Below, piece by piece: positions 20,008 through 29,701 of a DNA stretch of 64,000 nucleotides (positions are counted from its first letter, which is position 1; every line of letters begins with the position of its first letter). Made by a program: the position numbers and the translations under genes. A model generated the notes under the pieces. It did no database searches and was not told where the DNA came from. It saw only the letters and a program-made list of their open reading frames with translations. Origin of the DNA: an uncultured Spartobacteria bacterium (GTDB lineage: Bacteria > Verrucomicrobiota > Verrucomicrobiia > Chthoniobacterales > JAATET01); assembly GCA_937901895.1 (NCBI GenBank), contig CALGTD010000138.1, positions 47,679 to 111,678 on the forward strand, written 5' to 3'.

Positions 20008-20994
20008 TCACCACTGAACGAGCGTGGCGCCGTAGGTGAGGCCACCGCCGAAGGCTGCGAGCAGGATGTGGTCGCCTTCCTTGAAACGGCCTTCCCGATA
20101 CGCCTCGTCGAGCGCGATCGCGCAGGATGCGCCGGAGGTGTTTCCGTAGCGGTCGAGGTTTGTGAAAAACCGCGAGAAGGGCATCTCCAGTTTTTCGGCG
20201 AGGGCCTGCAGGATGCGGATGTTGGCCTGGTGCGGAACGACGCACGCGATGTCTTCGGGGCGAAGGCCCGAGGCGAACAGGACGTTGTCGATCGACTGCG
20301 CCATGCACTGGATCGCGAGCTTGAAAGTCTCGCGGCCGTTCATGCGCAGGAAGCCGTTTGAATCCGGTGCGCCGATTTCGAGATGACTGCCAAAGCGTCC
20401 ATCGCTGCCGAGTGAGGTGCTCACGATGCCGCGGCCATGTGGACTCGCGGTGAGAACGACCGCGCCCGCGCCGTCGCCGAAGAGGACGCAGGTATTGCGA
20501 TCCGTCCAGTCGATCACGTCGCTGAGCCGGTCGGCGGCGATCACGAGCGCGTTGTCGTAGCGTCCGCTCGCGATCCACTGCCGGGCGTTCTCCACGGCGA
20601 AGAGAAAGCCGGAGCAAGCGGCGGCAACGTCGAAGCACACGGCGTTGAGCGCGCCGAGCTGCTTCTGCACTTCGCACGCAGCGGACGGGCAGGTTTTGTC
20701 CGCGGTGATCGTGGCGACGACGATGAGGTCGATCTCGCCGGGTTCGACACCCGCGCTGGCCATCGCGCGCCGGGCGGCCTCGGTGGCCATGTGAGTGGTT
20801 GTTTCCGCCGCGGTGGCGATGCGACGTTCCTTGATCCCCGTGCGCGTGGTGATCCATTCATCGCTCGTGTCCACGCGCTCGGAGAGCTGCGCGTTGGTGA
20901 GGACCTGTGGCGGGACGTAGCTGCCCGTGCCGGCAAAGGCGGCGATGCGGATGTCGCTCCAGACGGATGAGTGCGTGAGGGTGTTGGTCTTCAT
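20008..20994 (-). CDS. fabH: 3-oxoacyl-ACP synthase III
   Basis: Full-length FabH with the active-site context AACSGF, and His/Asn around VPHQANIRI and GNTSGAS. Confidence 0.9.
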   Translation of the reverse strand: MKTNTLTHSSVWSDIRIAAFAGTGSYVPPQVLTNAQLSERVDTSDEWITTRTGIKERRIATAAETTTHMATEAARRAMASAGVEPGEIDLIVVATITADKTCPSAACEVQKQLGALNAVCFDVAAACSGFLFAVENARQWIASGRYDNALVIAADRLSDVIDWTDRNTCVLFGDGAGAVVLTASPHGRGIVSTSLGSDGRFGSHLEIGAPDSNGFLRMNGRETFKLAIQCMAQSIDNVLFASGLRPEDIACVVPHQANIRILQALAEKLEMPFSRFFTNLDRYGNTSGASCAIALDEAYREGRFKEGDHILLAAFGGGLTYGATLVQW

Positions 20995-20998
20995 GGCT

Positions 20999-23900
20999 TC
21001 AAGCAGACGCTGGTTGCAAAGAAGGTTGGGTCGCGGGTGCTCTGCGCGCGCCGAGCTTCATGATCACGGCATAGAATACCGGCGTGAGGAACAGCCCAAA
21101 GAGCGTGACGCCAATCATGCCGGCAAACACGGCGGTGCCCATGGCCTGGCGCATTTCGGAGCCGGCGCCCTTTGAAACCACCAGCGGAAACACGCCGGCG
21201 ATGAACGCGATGGACGTCATGAGAATCGGGCGGAGACGCAGCCGGCACGCTTCCAGCGTCGCGTCGGCAAGCGGCAGGCCTTCGTCCTGCTTTTGTTTCG
21301 CGAATTCGACGATGAGGATTGCGTTCTTGCAGGCGAGGCCGACGAGCACGATGAGCCCGATCTGGGTGAAAACATTGTTGTCCCCGTCGCGCAGCCAGAC
21401 GCCCGTCATCGCGGAAAGCAGGCACATCGGCACGATGAGGATGATTGCGAGCGGCATGCGGAAGCTCTCGTAGAGCGCCGCAAGCACGAGGAACACGAGC
21501 AGAATGCAGAGAGGATAGACGTAAACCGCCGTGTTGCCCGCGAGGATGCGCTGGTAGGTGAGGTCGGTCCATTCCATCGTCATGCCCGGCGGGAGCTGCT
21601 CCTCCGCGAGTTTGCTCATCGCGGCTTCGGCCTGGCCGGAGCTGAAACCGGGTGCAGGCGCGCCATTGATCTCGGCGGCGGGGTAGCCGTTGTAGCGCAT
21701 TGCGCGATCGGGACCGTGCGTCTCGTTGATTTTGACGAGCGCGCCGAGCGGGATCATCTGGCCGGCGGCATTGCGCGTCTTGAGCCGGGCGATGTCCTCG
21801 GGACGCTGGCGGAATTCCGAATCGGCCTGCGCGATGACCTGGAAGGTGCGGCCGAAGCGGTTGAAGTCATTCATGTAGAGCGAGCCGAGATAGACCTGCA
21901 TCGTCTCGAAGAGATTCTGCAGCGGCACGCCCTGCGCCTTTGCCTTCACGCGGTCGATGTCCGCATCGAGCTGCGGGACATTCACCGTGAACGTCGAGAA
22001 CACGCCGCCGAGCTGCGGCACCTGCATGCTCCCGCCCATGAGGTTTTGCAGATTCGCGTAGAGCGCGTCGTAGCCGAGGTCGGCGCGATCCTCGATGTAG
22101 GCCTTGAATCCGCCGATCGTGCCGAGGCCCGACACGGGCGGTGGCGGCACAGTGAGGATGAAGGCGTCCTGAATCTCGGCGAACTTCTGGTTGAGCGCCT
22201 GCATGATCGCCGGCCCGCTCAGGTCGGGCGTGCTGCGTTCCTCGAACGGATCGAGGCAGAAAAAGACGATGCCGGAATTCGACGCGACGCTGAACCCGCT
22301 GATGCTCAATCCGGGAAAGGCCACCGCGCTCTCGACGCCCGGTTGCTTCAGGCCGATCTCGGTCATCCGCTTGATCACTTCCTCCGTGCGCGCGAGCGAC
22401 GCCCCGTCGGGAAGCTGCGCGAAGGAGATGAGGTATTGCTTGTCCTGCGTAGGCACGAAGCCGGTGGGGACTTTCTGGAAACTCCATCCGGTGAGTGCCA
22501 CGAGTCCGCCGTAGAAAAGCAGGACGATCACGCTCTTGCGAATGATGCTGCGAACGCCGGCGGAATACACGCGGCCGGTCCAGTCGAAGAAGCGGTTGAA
22601 GGGCCGGAAGAACCAGCCGAGCCCGCGATCCATGAGCCGGGCGATCGCATCTTTCGGAGCGTGGTGATCCTTGAGGAGCAGCGCGCAGAGTGCCGGCGAG
22701 AGTGTGAGCGAGTTGAATGCGGAGATGACGGTCGAGATCGCGATCGTGATCGCGAACTGCTTGTAGAACTGGCCGGTGAGTCCGCTGATGAACGCGGTCG
22801 GAATGAACACCGCGCAGAGCACGAGCGCCGTTGCGATGATGGGACCGGTGACCTCGCGCATCGCACGCTCGGTGGCCTCGACCGGTGAGAGGCCGAGCGC
22901 GATGTTTCGCTCGACGTTTTCGACGACGACGATGGCGTCATCGACCACAATGCCGATCGCGAGCACGAGTCCGAAAAGCGAGAGGGCGTTGATGCTGAAT
23001 CCGAACGCCAGCATCACGGCGAAGGTTCCGATCAACGAAACCGGCACCGCCGCGATGGGAATGATCGCGGCGCGCCACGTCTGGAGGAAGATCACGACGA
23101 CAAGGACGACGAGAATCAGAGCCTCGAAAAGCGTGTGGACCACGGCGTCGATCGAATGCTGCACGAAGACCGTCGGGTCGTAGACGACGGAGTAGTCGAT
23201 GCCGTCGGGAAAGTCCTTCTTCAGCTCCTCCATTTTCGCGCGGATGTCGCGGGAGAGCTGCAGGGCGTTCGCTCCGGGAAGTTGGAAAATCGGGAGCGCG
23301 ACGGCGGGGTGGTTGTCGAGCAGCGACTTCAATGCGTAGGACGAGGCGCCCAGCTCGATGCGCGCGACATCGCGGAGATAGGTCTTCTCGCCGTGCTCGC
23401 CGGTCTTCACGACGATGTTGCCGAATTCCTCCTCATCGAGCAGACGGCCCTTCGCGTTGATCTGAAGTTCGAAGGGAACGGGCGCATCCTCCGGCGGCTT
23501 GCCCACACTGCCGGCCGCGACCTGCACGTTTTGCTCGCGGATCGCCGCCACGATGTCGCTGGCGGTAAGGCTTCGGGACGCTGCCTTGTCGGGATCGATC
23601 CACACGCGCATCGCGTAGTCGCCGGAACCGAAAAGCTGCACAGAGCCGGCGCCGGGAATGCGCGCGAGAACATCGCGCACCTGGAGCGTCGCATAGTTGC
23701 GCAGGTAAATCTCGTCGTAGCGTCCGGTCGGGGACGTGAGGTGGACGACGAGCGTGAGGTCGGGCGATTGCTTCGTGGTCGTGACGCCGAGGGCGCGCAC
23801 TTCCTCGGGGAGCTTTGGAAGCGCCTGCGAGACGCGGTTTTGCACCTGCACCTGGGCCTTGTCCACGTCGGTGCCGAGGGCGAACGTGATCGTGAGCGAC

Positions 23901-24169
23901 ATCACGCCGTCGGGCGTGGACTGGGAAAACATGTAGAGCATGTTTTCCACGCCGTTGATCGCCTGTTCGAGCGGCGCGGCGACCGTTTCGGCGATCGTTT
24001 TCGGATTTGCGCCGGGATACGTCGCCTGCACGACGACCGTCGGCGGCACGACCTCCGGATATTCGCTGATCGGCAGTCGCACCATGGCGATGAGGCCGAG
24101 CAGCAGAATGATGATCGACAGCACGGCCGCGAAAACCGGCCGCCGAATGAAGTAGATCGCGAAGTTCAT
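20999..24169 (-). CDS. RND multidrug efflux permease (AcrB/MexB, HAE1 family)
   Basis: 1056-aa protein with a 12-transmembrane, two-large-periplasmic-loop architecture and the conserved N-terminus MNFAIYFIRRPVFAAVLSIIILLLG. Confidence 0.95.
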   Translation of the reverse strand: MNFAIYFIRRPVFAAVLSIIILLLGLIAMVRLPISEYPEVVPPTVVVQATYPGANPKTIAETVAAPLEQAINGVENMLYMFSQSTPDGVMSLTITFALGTDVDKAQVQVQNRVSQALPKLPEEVRALGVTTTKQSPDLTLVVHLTSPTGRYDEIYLRNYATLQVRDVLARIPGAGSVQLFGSGDYAMRVWIDPDKAASRSLTASDIVAAIREQNVQVAAGSVGKPPEDAPVPFELQINAKGRLLDEEEFGNIVVKTGEHGEKTYLRDVARIELGASSYALKSLLDNHPAVALPIFQLPGANALQLSRDIRAKMEELKKDFPDGIDYSVVYDPTVFVQHSIDAVVHTLFEALILVVLVVVIFLQTWRAAIIPIAAVPVSLIGTFAVMLAFGFSINALSLFGLVLAIGIVVDDAIVVVENVERNIALGLSPVEATERAMREVTGPIIATALVLCAVFIPTAFISGLTGQFYKQFAITIAISTVISAFNSLTLSPALCALLLKDHHAPKDAIARLMDRGLGWFFRPFNRFFDWTGRVYSAGVRSIIRKSVIVLLFYGGLVALTGWSFQKVPTGFVPTQDKQYLISFAQLPDGASLARTEEVIKRMTEIGLKQPGVESAVAFPGLSISGFSVASNSGIVFFCLDPFEERSTPDLSGPAIMQALNQKFAEIQDAFILTVPPPPVSGLGTIGGFKAYIEDRADLGYDALYANLQNLMGGSMQVPQLGGVFSTFTVNVPQLDADIDRVKAKAQGVPLQNLFETMQVYLGSLYMNDFNRFGRTFQVIAQADSEFRQRPEDIARLKTRNAAGQMIPLGALVKINETHGPDRAMRYNGYPAAEINGAPAPGFSSGQAEAAMSKLAEEQLPPGMTMEWTDLTYQRILAGNTAVYVYPLCILLVFLVLAALYESFRMPLAIILIVPMCLLSAMTGVWLRDGDNNVFTQIGLIVLVGLACKNAILIVEFAKQKQDEGLPLADATLEACRLRLRPILMTSIAFIAGVFPLVVSKGAGSEMRQAMGTAVFAGMIGVTLFGLFLTPVFYAVIMKLGARRAPATQPSLQPASA

Positions 24170-24172
24170 GAC

Positions 24173-25327
24173 TCAGCGGGCGGCGGTGTTCGGACCGGCG
24201 GACGAGGCGGAATCCTGTGCGACCTGCGGCTGCGGATTCACGGGAGCTCCCGGGCGCGCGCGCTGGACGCCGTTTACGATGATCATGTCGCCGGCGTTCA
24301 GGCCGGAGCGCACGATGCGCTTGCCGTCGGCGACGGGGCCGAGTGTGACCTTGCGGTATTCGACCGTGTTGTCCTTCCCGATCGAGAAGACGAACTTCTG
24401 TGCCTGATCCGTGCCAATGGCGGTCTCGTCCACAAGCAAGGTCGGCCGCTCCTCGCTCAGCGGGACGCGAAGGCGGACGAACAATCCGGGAATGATCCGG
24501 CCATCGGGATTCGGAATCTGCGCACGCAGGACGATCGTGCCCGTGTTGCGATCGACGCGGTTGTCGAGCGACTCGATGAAGCCGCGGTGCGGATAGCCCT
24601 CCTCATCGGCAAGCTGCATTTCCACGGGAATGCGCAGGCCTTCCTGCTTCGTCATGAGCGCCTGAAGCTGGAGCAGCGAGCGCTCGTCGACGTCGGCGTA
24701 AACGTAGATCGGATCCACGGAAACGATCGTCGTGAGGAGCGACGCGCCGCCGGCGTTGCCGCTCACGTAGTTTCCGGTGGTCAGCAACGCCCGGCTCACA
24801 CGGCCATCGATCGGCGCGCGGACCTCGGTAAATTCCAGGTCGAGCCGGGCGGATTTCAACGCGGCCTCGGCGGCGAGGACCGCCGCACGCGCCTGGTGGA
24901 AATCCGAAATGCTCGTGTCGGCCTCCTCGCTCGAGATCGCGCTGCTTTTCAGCAACTGGTCGGCGCGGTGGGCCATGCGGCCGGCGTTGGCGTGGCGTGC
25001 CTTCGCCTGCTCGAGCTCGGCTTCGCGTTGCTCGACCTCGGCCTGGTAGGGGCGCGGATCAATGACGAACAGGACATCGCCCTTTTTGACGAGCTGCCCG
25101 GATTGGAACCGCACCTCCTGGATGTAACCGGAGACGCGCGGGCGCACCTCCACGGCCTCCACGGCCTCCGTCTGACCAGTGAACTCGGTCCATTCGATGA
25201 GCTCCTTCTCGACCACCGGGGCGACCGTTACGACAGGCGCCGGCGGTGCCGTGGACTCGGATTTGTTTTTGCCGCACCCGGAAACGACAAGGCAGGTGAG
25301 GATGAACGCGACAGGCAGGATTTTCAT
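24173..25327 (-). CDS. RND efflux periplasmic adaptor lipoprotein (AcrA/MexA family)
   Basis: Lipobox (LVVSGCG) and the RND membrane-fusion-protein hairpin and beta-barrel motifs. Ends 4 nt upstream of the permease start. Confidence 0.9.
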   Translation of the reverse strand: MKILPVAFILTCLVVSGCGKNKSESTAPPAPVVTVAPVVEKELIEWTEFTGQTEAVEAVEVRPRVSGYIQEVRFQSGQLVKKGDVLFVIDPRPYQAEVEQREAELEQAKARHANAGRMAHRADQLLKSSAISSEEADTSISDFHQARAAVLAAEAALKSARLDLEFTEVRAPIDGRVSRALLTTGNYVSGNAGGASLLTTIVSVDPIYVYADVDERSLLQLQALMTKQEGLRIPVEMQLADEEGYPHRGFIESLDNRVDRNTGTIVLRAQIPNPDGRIIPGLFVRLRVPLSEERPTLLVDETAIGTDQAQKFVFSIGKDNTVEYRKVTLGPVADGKRIVRSGLNAGDMIIVNGVQRARPGAPVNPQPQVAQDSASSAGPNTAAR

Positions 25328-25345
25328 GCGTGCGTGTGGTTGGTA

Positions 25346-25369
25346 TTTGACTGGTCGTCTAGTGACTGG
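25346..25369. promoter_or_regulatory. operator-like element TTGACTGG-N7-GTGACTGG upstream of the adaptor gene
   Basis: Lies 20-45 bp upstream of the acrA-like ATG, in the 51-bp gap after tetR. It shares the TTGACT half-site with the palindrome upstream of tetR. Confidence 0.3.
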
Positions 25370-25378
25370 GCAAAAAAA

Positions 25379-25987
25379 TCAGGCTGCGGCGGGCTGTTTG
25401 GCGCCGAGGAGGGCTAGGGTGCCGGGATACATCTGGCGCAGAACCTCGACGTTGTTCTCGATGCGGGCCTGGGAAAGGGTGCCTTCGATGAAGGCCAGAA
25501 GGGCGCGGGCTTTTGCCTTCGGATCGGGAGCGTCGACGAGGCCCTCGGCGTGGGCGTCGCGAATGGCGCTCTCGTAGTAGCGGAGCTTTCGCTCGAGGAT
25601 CGAGTGGATCGTGGTCCGGAGCTCCTCGTCGAGCGTCGAAATCTCGCAACCCAGGGAAAAAATGGGGCATCCGAGCACGGCGCCGTGCTTTTTCACGGTC
25701 TCCTTGATGAACTCGTAGCTGTGTTCGTAATGAACGCGGAAGCGTTCGAGCGGAGGCAGCGAGGGCGAAAAATCCCGGTCGAGGTCCTTGCGATGCTTTT
25801 CCCAATCGGCTTCCAAGGCCGCCGAGGCGAGGGCCGACTTGGATTTGAAGAAATAGTAGAAGCTGCCCTTCTTGACGTTCGCCCGTTCGCAAATCGCATC
25901 CACCGACGTCGAACCGTAGCTGTTCTCCCACATGATCTGGAGAGCAGCATCGGTCAGGCGTTCTTTTGCCGTGCTGATCGGTGGCAT
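25379..25987 (-). CDS. TetR/AcrR-family transcriptional regulator
   Basis: N-terminal helix-turn-helix (GSTSVDAICERANVKKGSFYYFFKSK). Located directly upstream of the RND pump genes on the same strand. Confidence 0.85.
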   Translation of the reverse strand: MPPISTAKERLTDAALQIMWENSYGSTSVDAICERANVKKGSFYYFFKSKSALASAALEADWEKHRKDLDRDFSPSLPPLERFRVHYEHSYEFIKETVKKHGAVLGCPIFSLGCEISTLDEELRTTIHSILERKLRYYESAIRDAHAEGLVDAPDPKAKARALLAFIEGTLSQARIENNVEVLRQMYPGTLALLGAKQPAAA

Positions 25988-26006
25988 GGGAACACCATTG
26001 GGGAAT

Positions 26007-26022
26007 TTGACTGAATAGTCAA
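26007..26022. promoter_or_regulatory. perfect 6-4-6 palindrome TTGACTGAATAGTCAA (TetR-type operator candidate)
   Basis: Lies 20-35 bp upstream of the tetR start codon. A perfect inverted repeat of the size and spacing typical of TetR operators. Confidence 0.45.
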
Positions 26023-26047
26023 CAATGTTCTGCCGCAGGAGTGACCG

Positions 26048-26854
26048 TTACTTGATCTCGACCAGGGTGCCGATGGGCACCATCGAGAAAAGCTGCCTGG
26101 CGTTTTCCTCCGGGAGGCGGACGCAGCCGTGGGAGGCTGGATAACCGGGAACATGCCCGGCGTGCAATCCAAAGTCACCGCACGAGAGCCGCAGGAAGTA
26201 GGGCATCTTCGCGTCGTAGATCGTGGACTTCCAATGCCGGTATTTGTTGGTCACGAGAAATGTTCCGGTCCGCGTGGGGGTGGCGGGTTTGCCGGAGGAG
26301 ATCGGAGTGATGAGGATGATCTCCTGTCCCTTCCAGACAATCGCCTGCTGTTTTTCGAGGTTCACGCTGATCCGATATTGCGCGGGCTCGGAATCGTCGG
26401 TGATCCCCATGAGCAGCTTCATGATTTCCAGCCGACCGTGCCGGGCCGCCTGCCACAGGGCAAAGGTTTTGCTTTTTCCAGAGAGCCGGTTCGGATTTGC
26501 CCCGGCGGCGAGAAGGAAGCGGACCGCCATTTCGTTGCCGACAGCACTCGCAAACATCAGCGGCGTGTAGCCCGGTTCCTTTCGCAGATAGTAATACAAC
26601 GGGCCATCGAGGTAGCGCTCGCGGAACGTCCTTGCCTCCGGGCAATCGGGAAAGCCCATGTCGGGATTGGGAAGGCGGTTCAGGGCAGCGCGCATGGCCT
26701 CCTTGTCGAAATCGGCGATCGCAGCAAACAGCGCGACGAGATTTTGATTTTCCACGCTGGAAGGCTTCGCGTCCGGTGCTGCGATGGAAACATTCGCCAG
26801 TGCGATGGCGAGGATCAGCGCATGGGAGGGACGAATGGAACAACGCGCGGGCAT
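26048..26854 (-). CDS. ankyrin-repeat protein fused to an L,D-transpeptidase (YkuD) catalytic domain
   Basis: Signal peptide, ankyrin-like repeats (TPLMFASAVGNEMAVRFLLAAGANPN), then the YkuD active site HGCVRL. Confidence 0.75.
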   Translation of the reverse strand: MPARCSIRPSHALILAIALANVSIAAPDAKPSSVENQNLVALFAAIADFDKEAMRAALNRLPNPDMGFPDCPEARTFRERYLDGPLYYYLRKEPGYTPLMFASAVGNEMAVRFLLAAGANPNRLSGKSKTFALWQAARHGRLEIMKLLMGITDDSEPAQYRISVNLEKQQAIVWKGQEIILITPISSGKPATPTRTGTFLVTNKYRHWKSTIYDAKMPYFLRLSCGDFGLHAGHVPGYPASHGCVRLPEENARQLFSMVPIGTLVEIK

Positions 26855-26970
26855 CGGCGTGGATTCGTTTCGTCCATCACGGTCGGACGCGTAATGGCAC
26901 CTTGCAACGAAAGTTTTCGTGTGCGGAGGATTTGTTTTCGGATTCTGCGGTGGCGTGTTTCAATCCGCGC

Positions 26971-28305
26971 ATGTCCGGGCAAGGGGAACCGAAGCTGGCG
27001 AGATCGATCGGACTGATCGGACTCGTGGTCTATGGAATCGGCGACATGGTGGGCGCCGGAATTTACGGAACCACCGGCGTTGCGGCAGGGGTCATGGGAA
27101 ACGCCGTCTGGCTGGCATTCGTCGGCTCGATGATCGCCGCGATCCTCACCGGACTTTCCTACGCGTCGATTTCCTCGCGATATCCACGTGCGGCGGGTGC
27201 GGCCTACGTCGTGCACCGGGCGTTTCACGTGCCGTATCTTTCGTATGTCGTGGGGCTGGCGGTCGTGGCGTCGGGGCTCACGTCCATCGCGACGGGCAGC
27301 CGGGTGTTTGCGGGCTTCGTGCAGCCGTGGGCGGGCGGATTGCCGGTCGTGTTGCTCGCGGTGGGTTATCTGTTGCTGCTGAGCCTGGTGAATTTCCGGG
27401 GAATCAAGGAGAGCCTCGTGATGAACGTCGTCTGCACGGTCGTCGAGGTCGGCGGGCTGCTGTTCATCATTGCCGTGGGTGCGAAGTTCTGGGGCTCGGT
27501 GAATTATTTCGAAACGCCGGGTGCGGTCGATGGAGAGGGGCTTTCCGTCGTGCTCGTGCTCTCGGGAGCGGTGCTCACGTTCTACGCATTCGTGGGATTC
27601 GAGGATCTGTTGAATCTCGCCGAGGAGACGAAGAATCCCACGCGAAACATGCCGCTCGGCATCGTGCTCGCGCTGGTCGCGGTGGCGGCGCTCTACATTG
27701 CGGTCAGCGTTACGGCGGTGTCGGTGGTGCCATTTCGCGAACTGGCCGACGTGAGCAAGGGCGCACCGACCGAGCAAATCATCGCGCGGGCGGCGCCATG
27801 GGTCCCGCCGGGGATCTTCACGGTGATCACCCTCTTCGCCGTGGCGAACACGGGACTCATGAACAACATCATGGGCTCTCGGTTGATCTATGGAATGGCG
27901 CGGCAGGGATTGCTGCCGTCGGTTCTCGGTCGCGTGCATGCACGGCGCCGGACGCCACACGTCGCGATCGGCGTGCTGTTCGTCGTCATCGCGATTCTTA
28001 TCCTCAGCGGCAACATCGCGGAACTCGCGTCCGCAACGAGTCTGTTGCTGCTGACGTCGTTCCTCATCGTAAATCTCTCGCTCATCATCCTGCAGCGAAG
28101 GCCGGGTGAGCCGAAGGGAGCGTTCGAGATTCCGTGGATCGTCCCTGCGCTCGGCGCGCTCGTTTGCGTGGGATTGATCGGCAGCCGGCTGTCGAATGGC
28201 GACCTCCGCGCACCGGTGATCGCCGGCGCGGTGCTGCTTGTCATCACCGTGCTGTATTTCCTCACGCGAGGACGCGGGACGGCCGATCCGGAGGGCGTCG
28301 AGTGA
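26971..28305 (+). CDS. APC-superfamily amino acid permease
   Basis: 444-aa protein with 12 transmembrane helices and an N-terminal GIGDMVGAGIY motif typical of APC transporters. Confidence 0.85.
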   Translation: MSGQGEPKLARSIGLIGLVVYGIGDMVGAGIYGTTGVAAGVMGNAVWLAFVGSMIAAILTGLSYASISSRYPRAAGAAYVVHRAFHVPYLSYVVGLAVVASGLTSIATGSRVFAGFVQPWAGGLPVVLLAVGYLLLLSLVNFRGIKESLVMNVVCTVVEVGGLLFIIAVGAKFWGSVNYFETPGAVDGEGLSVVLVLSGAVLTFYAFVGFEDLLNLAEETKNPTRNMPLGIVLALVAVAALYIAVSVTAVSVVPFRELADVSKGAPTEQIIARAAPWVPPGIFTVITLFAVANTGLMNNIMGSRLIYGMARQGLLPSVLGRVHARRRTPHVAIGVLFVVIAILILSGNIAELASATSLLLLTSFLIVNLSLIILQRRPGEPKGAFEIPWIVPALGALVCVGLIGSRLSNGDLRAPVIAGAVLLVITVLYFLTRGRGTADPEGVE

Positions 28306-28324
28306 TCGACCGCCGCGGGCGCAT

Positions 28325-29653
28325 TTATTCGATCTCCAGTCGCCGCTTCACGTCGGCCGAAAGCCGGTCGATCGCGGGCATGGCGTGCTCGTAGAACGCG
28401 CGGTAGCCGGCGCACAGCCAGTTGAGGCCGGGCTCGCCATCGGCGGTCCGAAGCAGGCGGTTCTTTGGACACTCGCCCCAGCAGACACGGAGGTATTCGC
28501 ACCGGCGGCAGGCACGTGGAAGCGTCTCCGATTTCGCGTAGGCGAACTTCACCTGCTCCCGTGAGAACACGAGATCGACGAGATCATCGGAGAGGATGTT
28601 TCCGCGATAAAATTCCGGGTAAACAAAGTGATCGCAGGCGTAGACGCCGCCGTCGGCCTCGATCGCGAGGCATTTTCCGCAGAGTTCGGCGGACGTGCAG
28701 TTCTGCGCAGGCAGGCCCGCCCGCTGCGCGACGAGATCCTCGAAAATGCTGACGAAGATTCTGCCCGCGTCGTTGGTGATCCAGCGATCGAAGATTCGAA
28801 TGAGGAAGTATCCCCAGTCGTCCGGGTCCACGGTCCACGGCGTGACAATCGAGCGGGAATCGGGTGCTCCGGCGCGCGGGAGTTCCGTGGAATTCCATCT
28901 CCCCGGGGCGACGCGTTCGAAATCCCGGTGCTCGACGATCGGAATGAACTGCATCCGCAGGGAGCCGATGTCGTTTCGAAGGAAACGATACACGTCGAGC
29001 GGACGACGGGCGTTGTCGCGATGGACGCACGTCAGCGTGTTGAAAGGCACCCGATGCCGGTGCAGTCGCTTCGCGGTCTCGATGACTGCGCGCGATGTCG
29101 GCCCGCCACAGTTCGTCATGCGATGCGCATCGTGAATCTCCGGCGGACCATCCATGCTCAGCCCAACGAGAAAGCGATTCTCCGCAAGAAACTCACACCA
29201 CTCGTCGTCGAGCAGTGTGCCATTGGTCTGGATGTCGTTTTCGACGCGCTGGCCGGGACGTGCATGCCGGCGCTGAAACTCAAGAACCCGCCGGAAAAAC
29301 GGAATGCCGCGAAGCGACGGCTCGCCACCCTGCCACGAGAATACAACGGGACCGGTGTCGAAAGCCGCGAGCTGCTTTTGGATGAAGGCCTCCAGCGTTT
29401 CGTCCGACATTCGCGTCGGCCTCGGTCCGCCCGGCAAACGCGGCTTCGCGAGATAGAAACAATAGTCGCATCGGAGATTGCACGTGCTGCCGCCCGGCTT
29501 CGCCATGAGGTGGAAGCGATTTCCGCCCAGGCGCGCGGCGGCAAGTGGCGCATCGTATTTGTCGCGCATGTTCGCCCAGAATGGACAAAGCGCATGGGTG
29601 AAACCTTGCGGACGGGCAGGGAATTTTCCGCCCAGGCGCTGGAGGCGACGCAT
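28325..29653 (-). CDS. anaerobic sulfatase-maturating enzyme-like radical SAM/SPASM protein
   Basis: CNLRCDYCFY radical SAM motif near the N-terminus, GGEP, and C-terminal SPASM cysteines (CGKC...CDHF...CRRCEYLRVCWGEC). The start is possibly at the internal Met (29569). Confidence 0.8.
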   Translation of the reverse strand: MRRLQRLGGKFPARPQGFTHALCPFWANMRDKYDAPLAAARLGGNRFHLMAKPGGSTCNLRCDYCFYLAKPRLPGGPRPTRMSDETLEAFIQKQLAAFDTGPVVFSWQGGEPSLRGIPFFRRVLEFQRRHARPGQRVENDIQTNGTLLDDEWCEFLAENRFLVGLSMDGPPEIHDAHRMTNCGGPTSRAVIETAKRLHRHRVPFNTLTCVHRDNARRPLDVYRFLRNDIGSLRMQFIPIVEHRDFERVAPGRWNSTELPRAGAPDSRSIVTPWTVDPDDWGYFLIRIFDRWITNDAGRIFVSIFEDLVAQRAGLPAQNCTSAELCGKCLAIEADGGVYACDHFVYPEFYRGNILSDDLVDLVFSREQVKFAYAKSETLPRACRRCEYLRVCWGECPKNRLLRTADGEPGLNWLCAGYRAFYEHAMPAIDRLSADVKRRLEIE

Positions 29654-29701
29654 CCATCATCGTGGGCGCCGGCTGCGTCCGGCGCGCGAGTGGGCAGCGG
29701 A

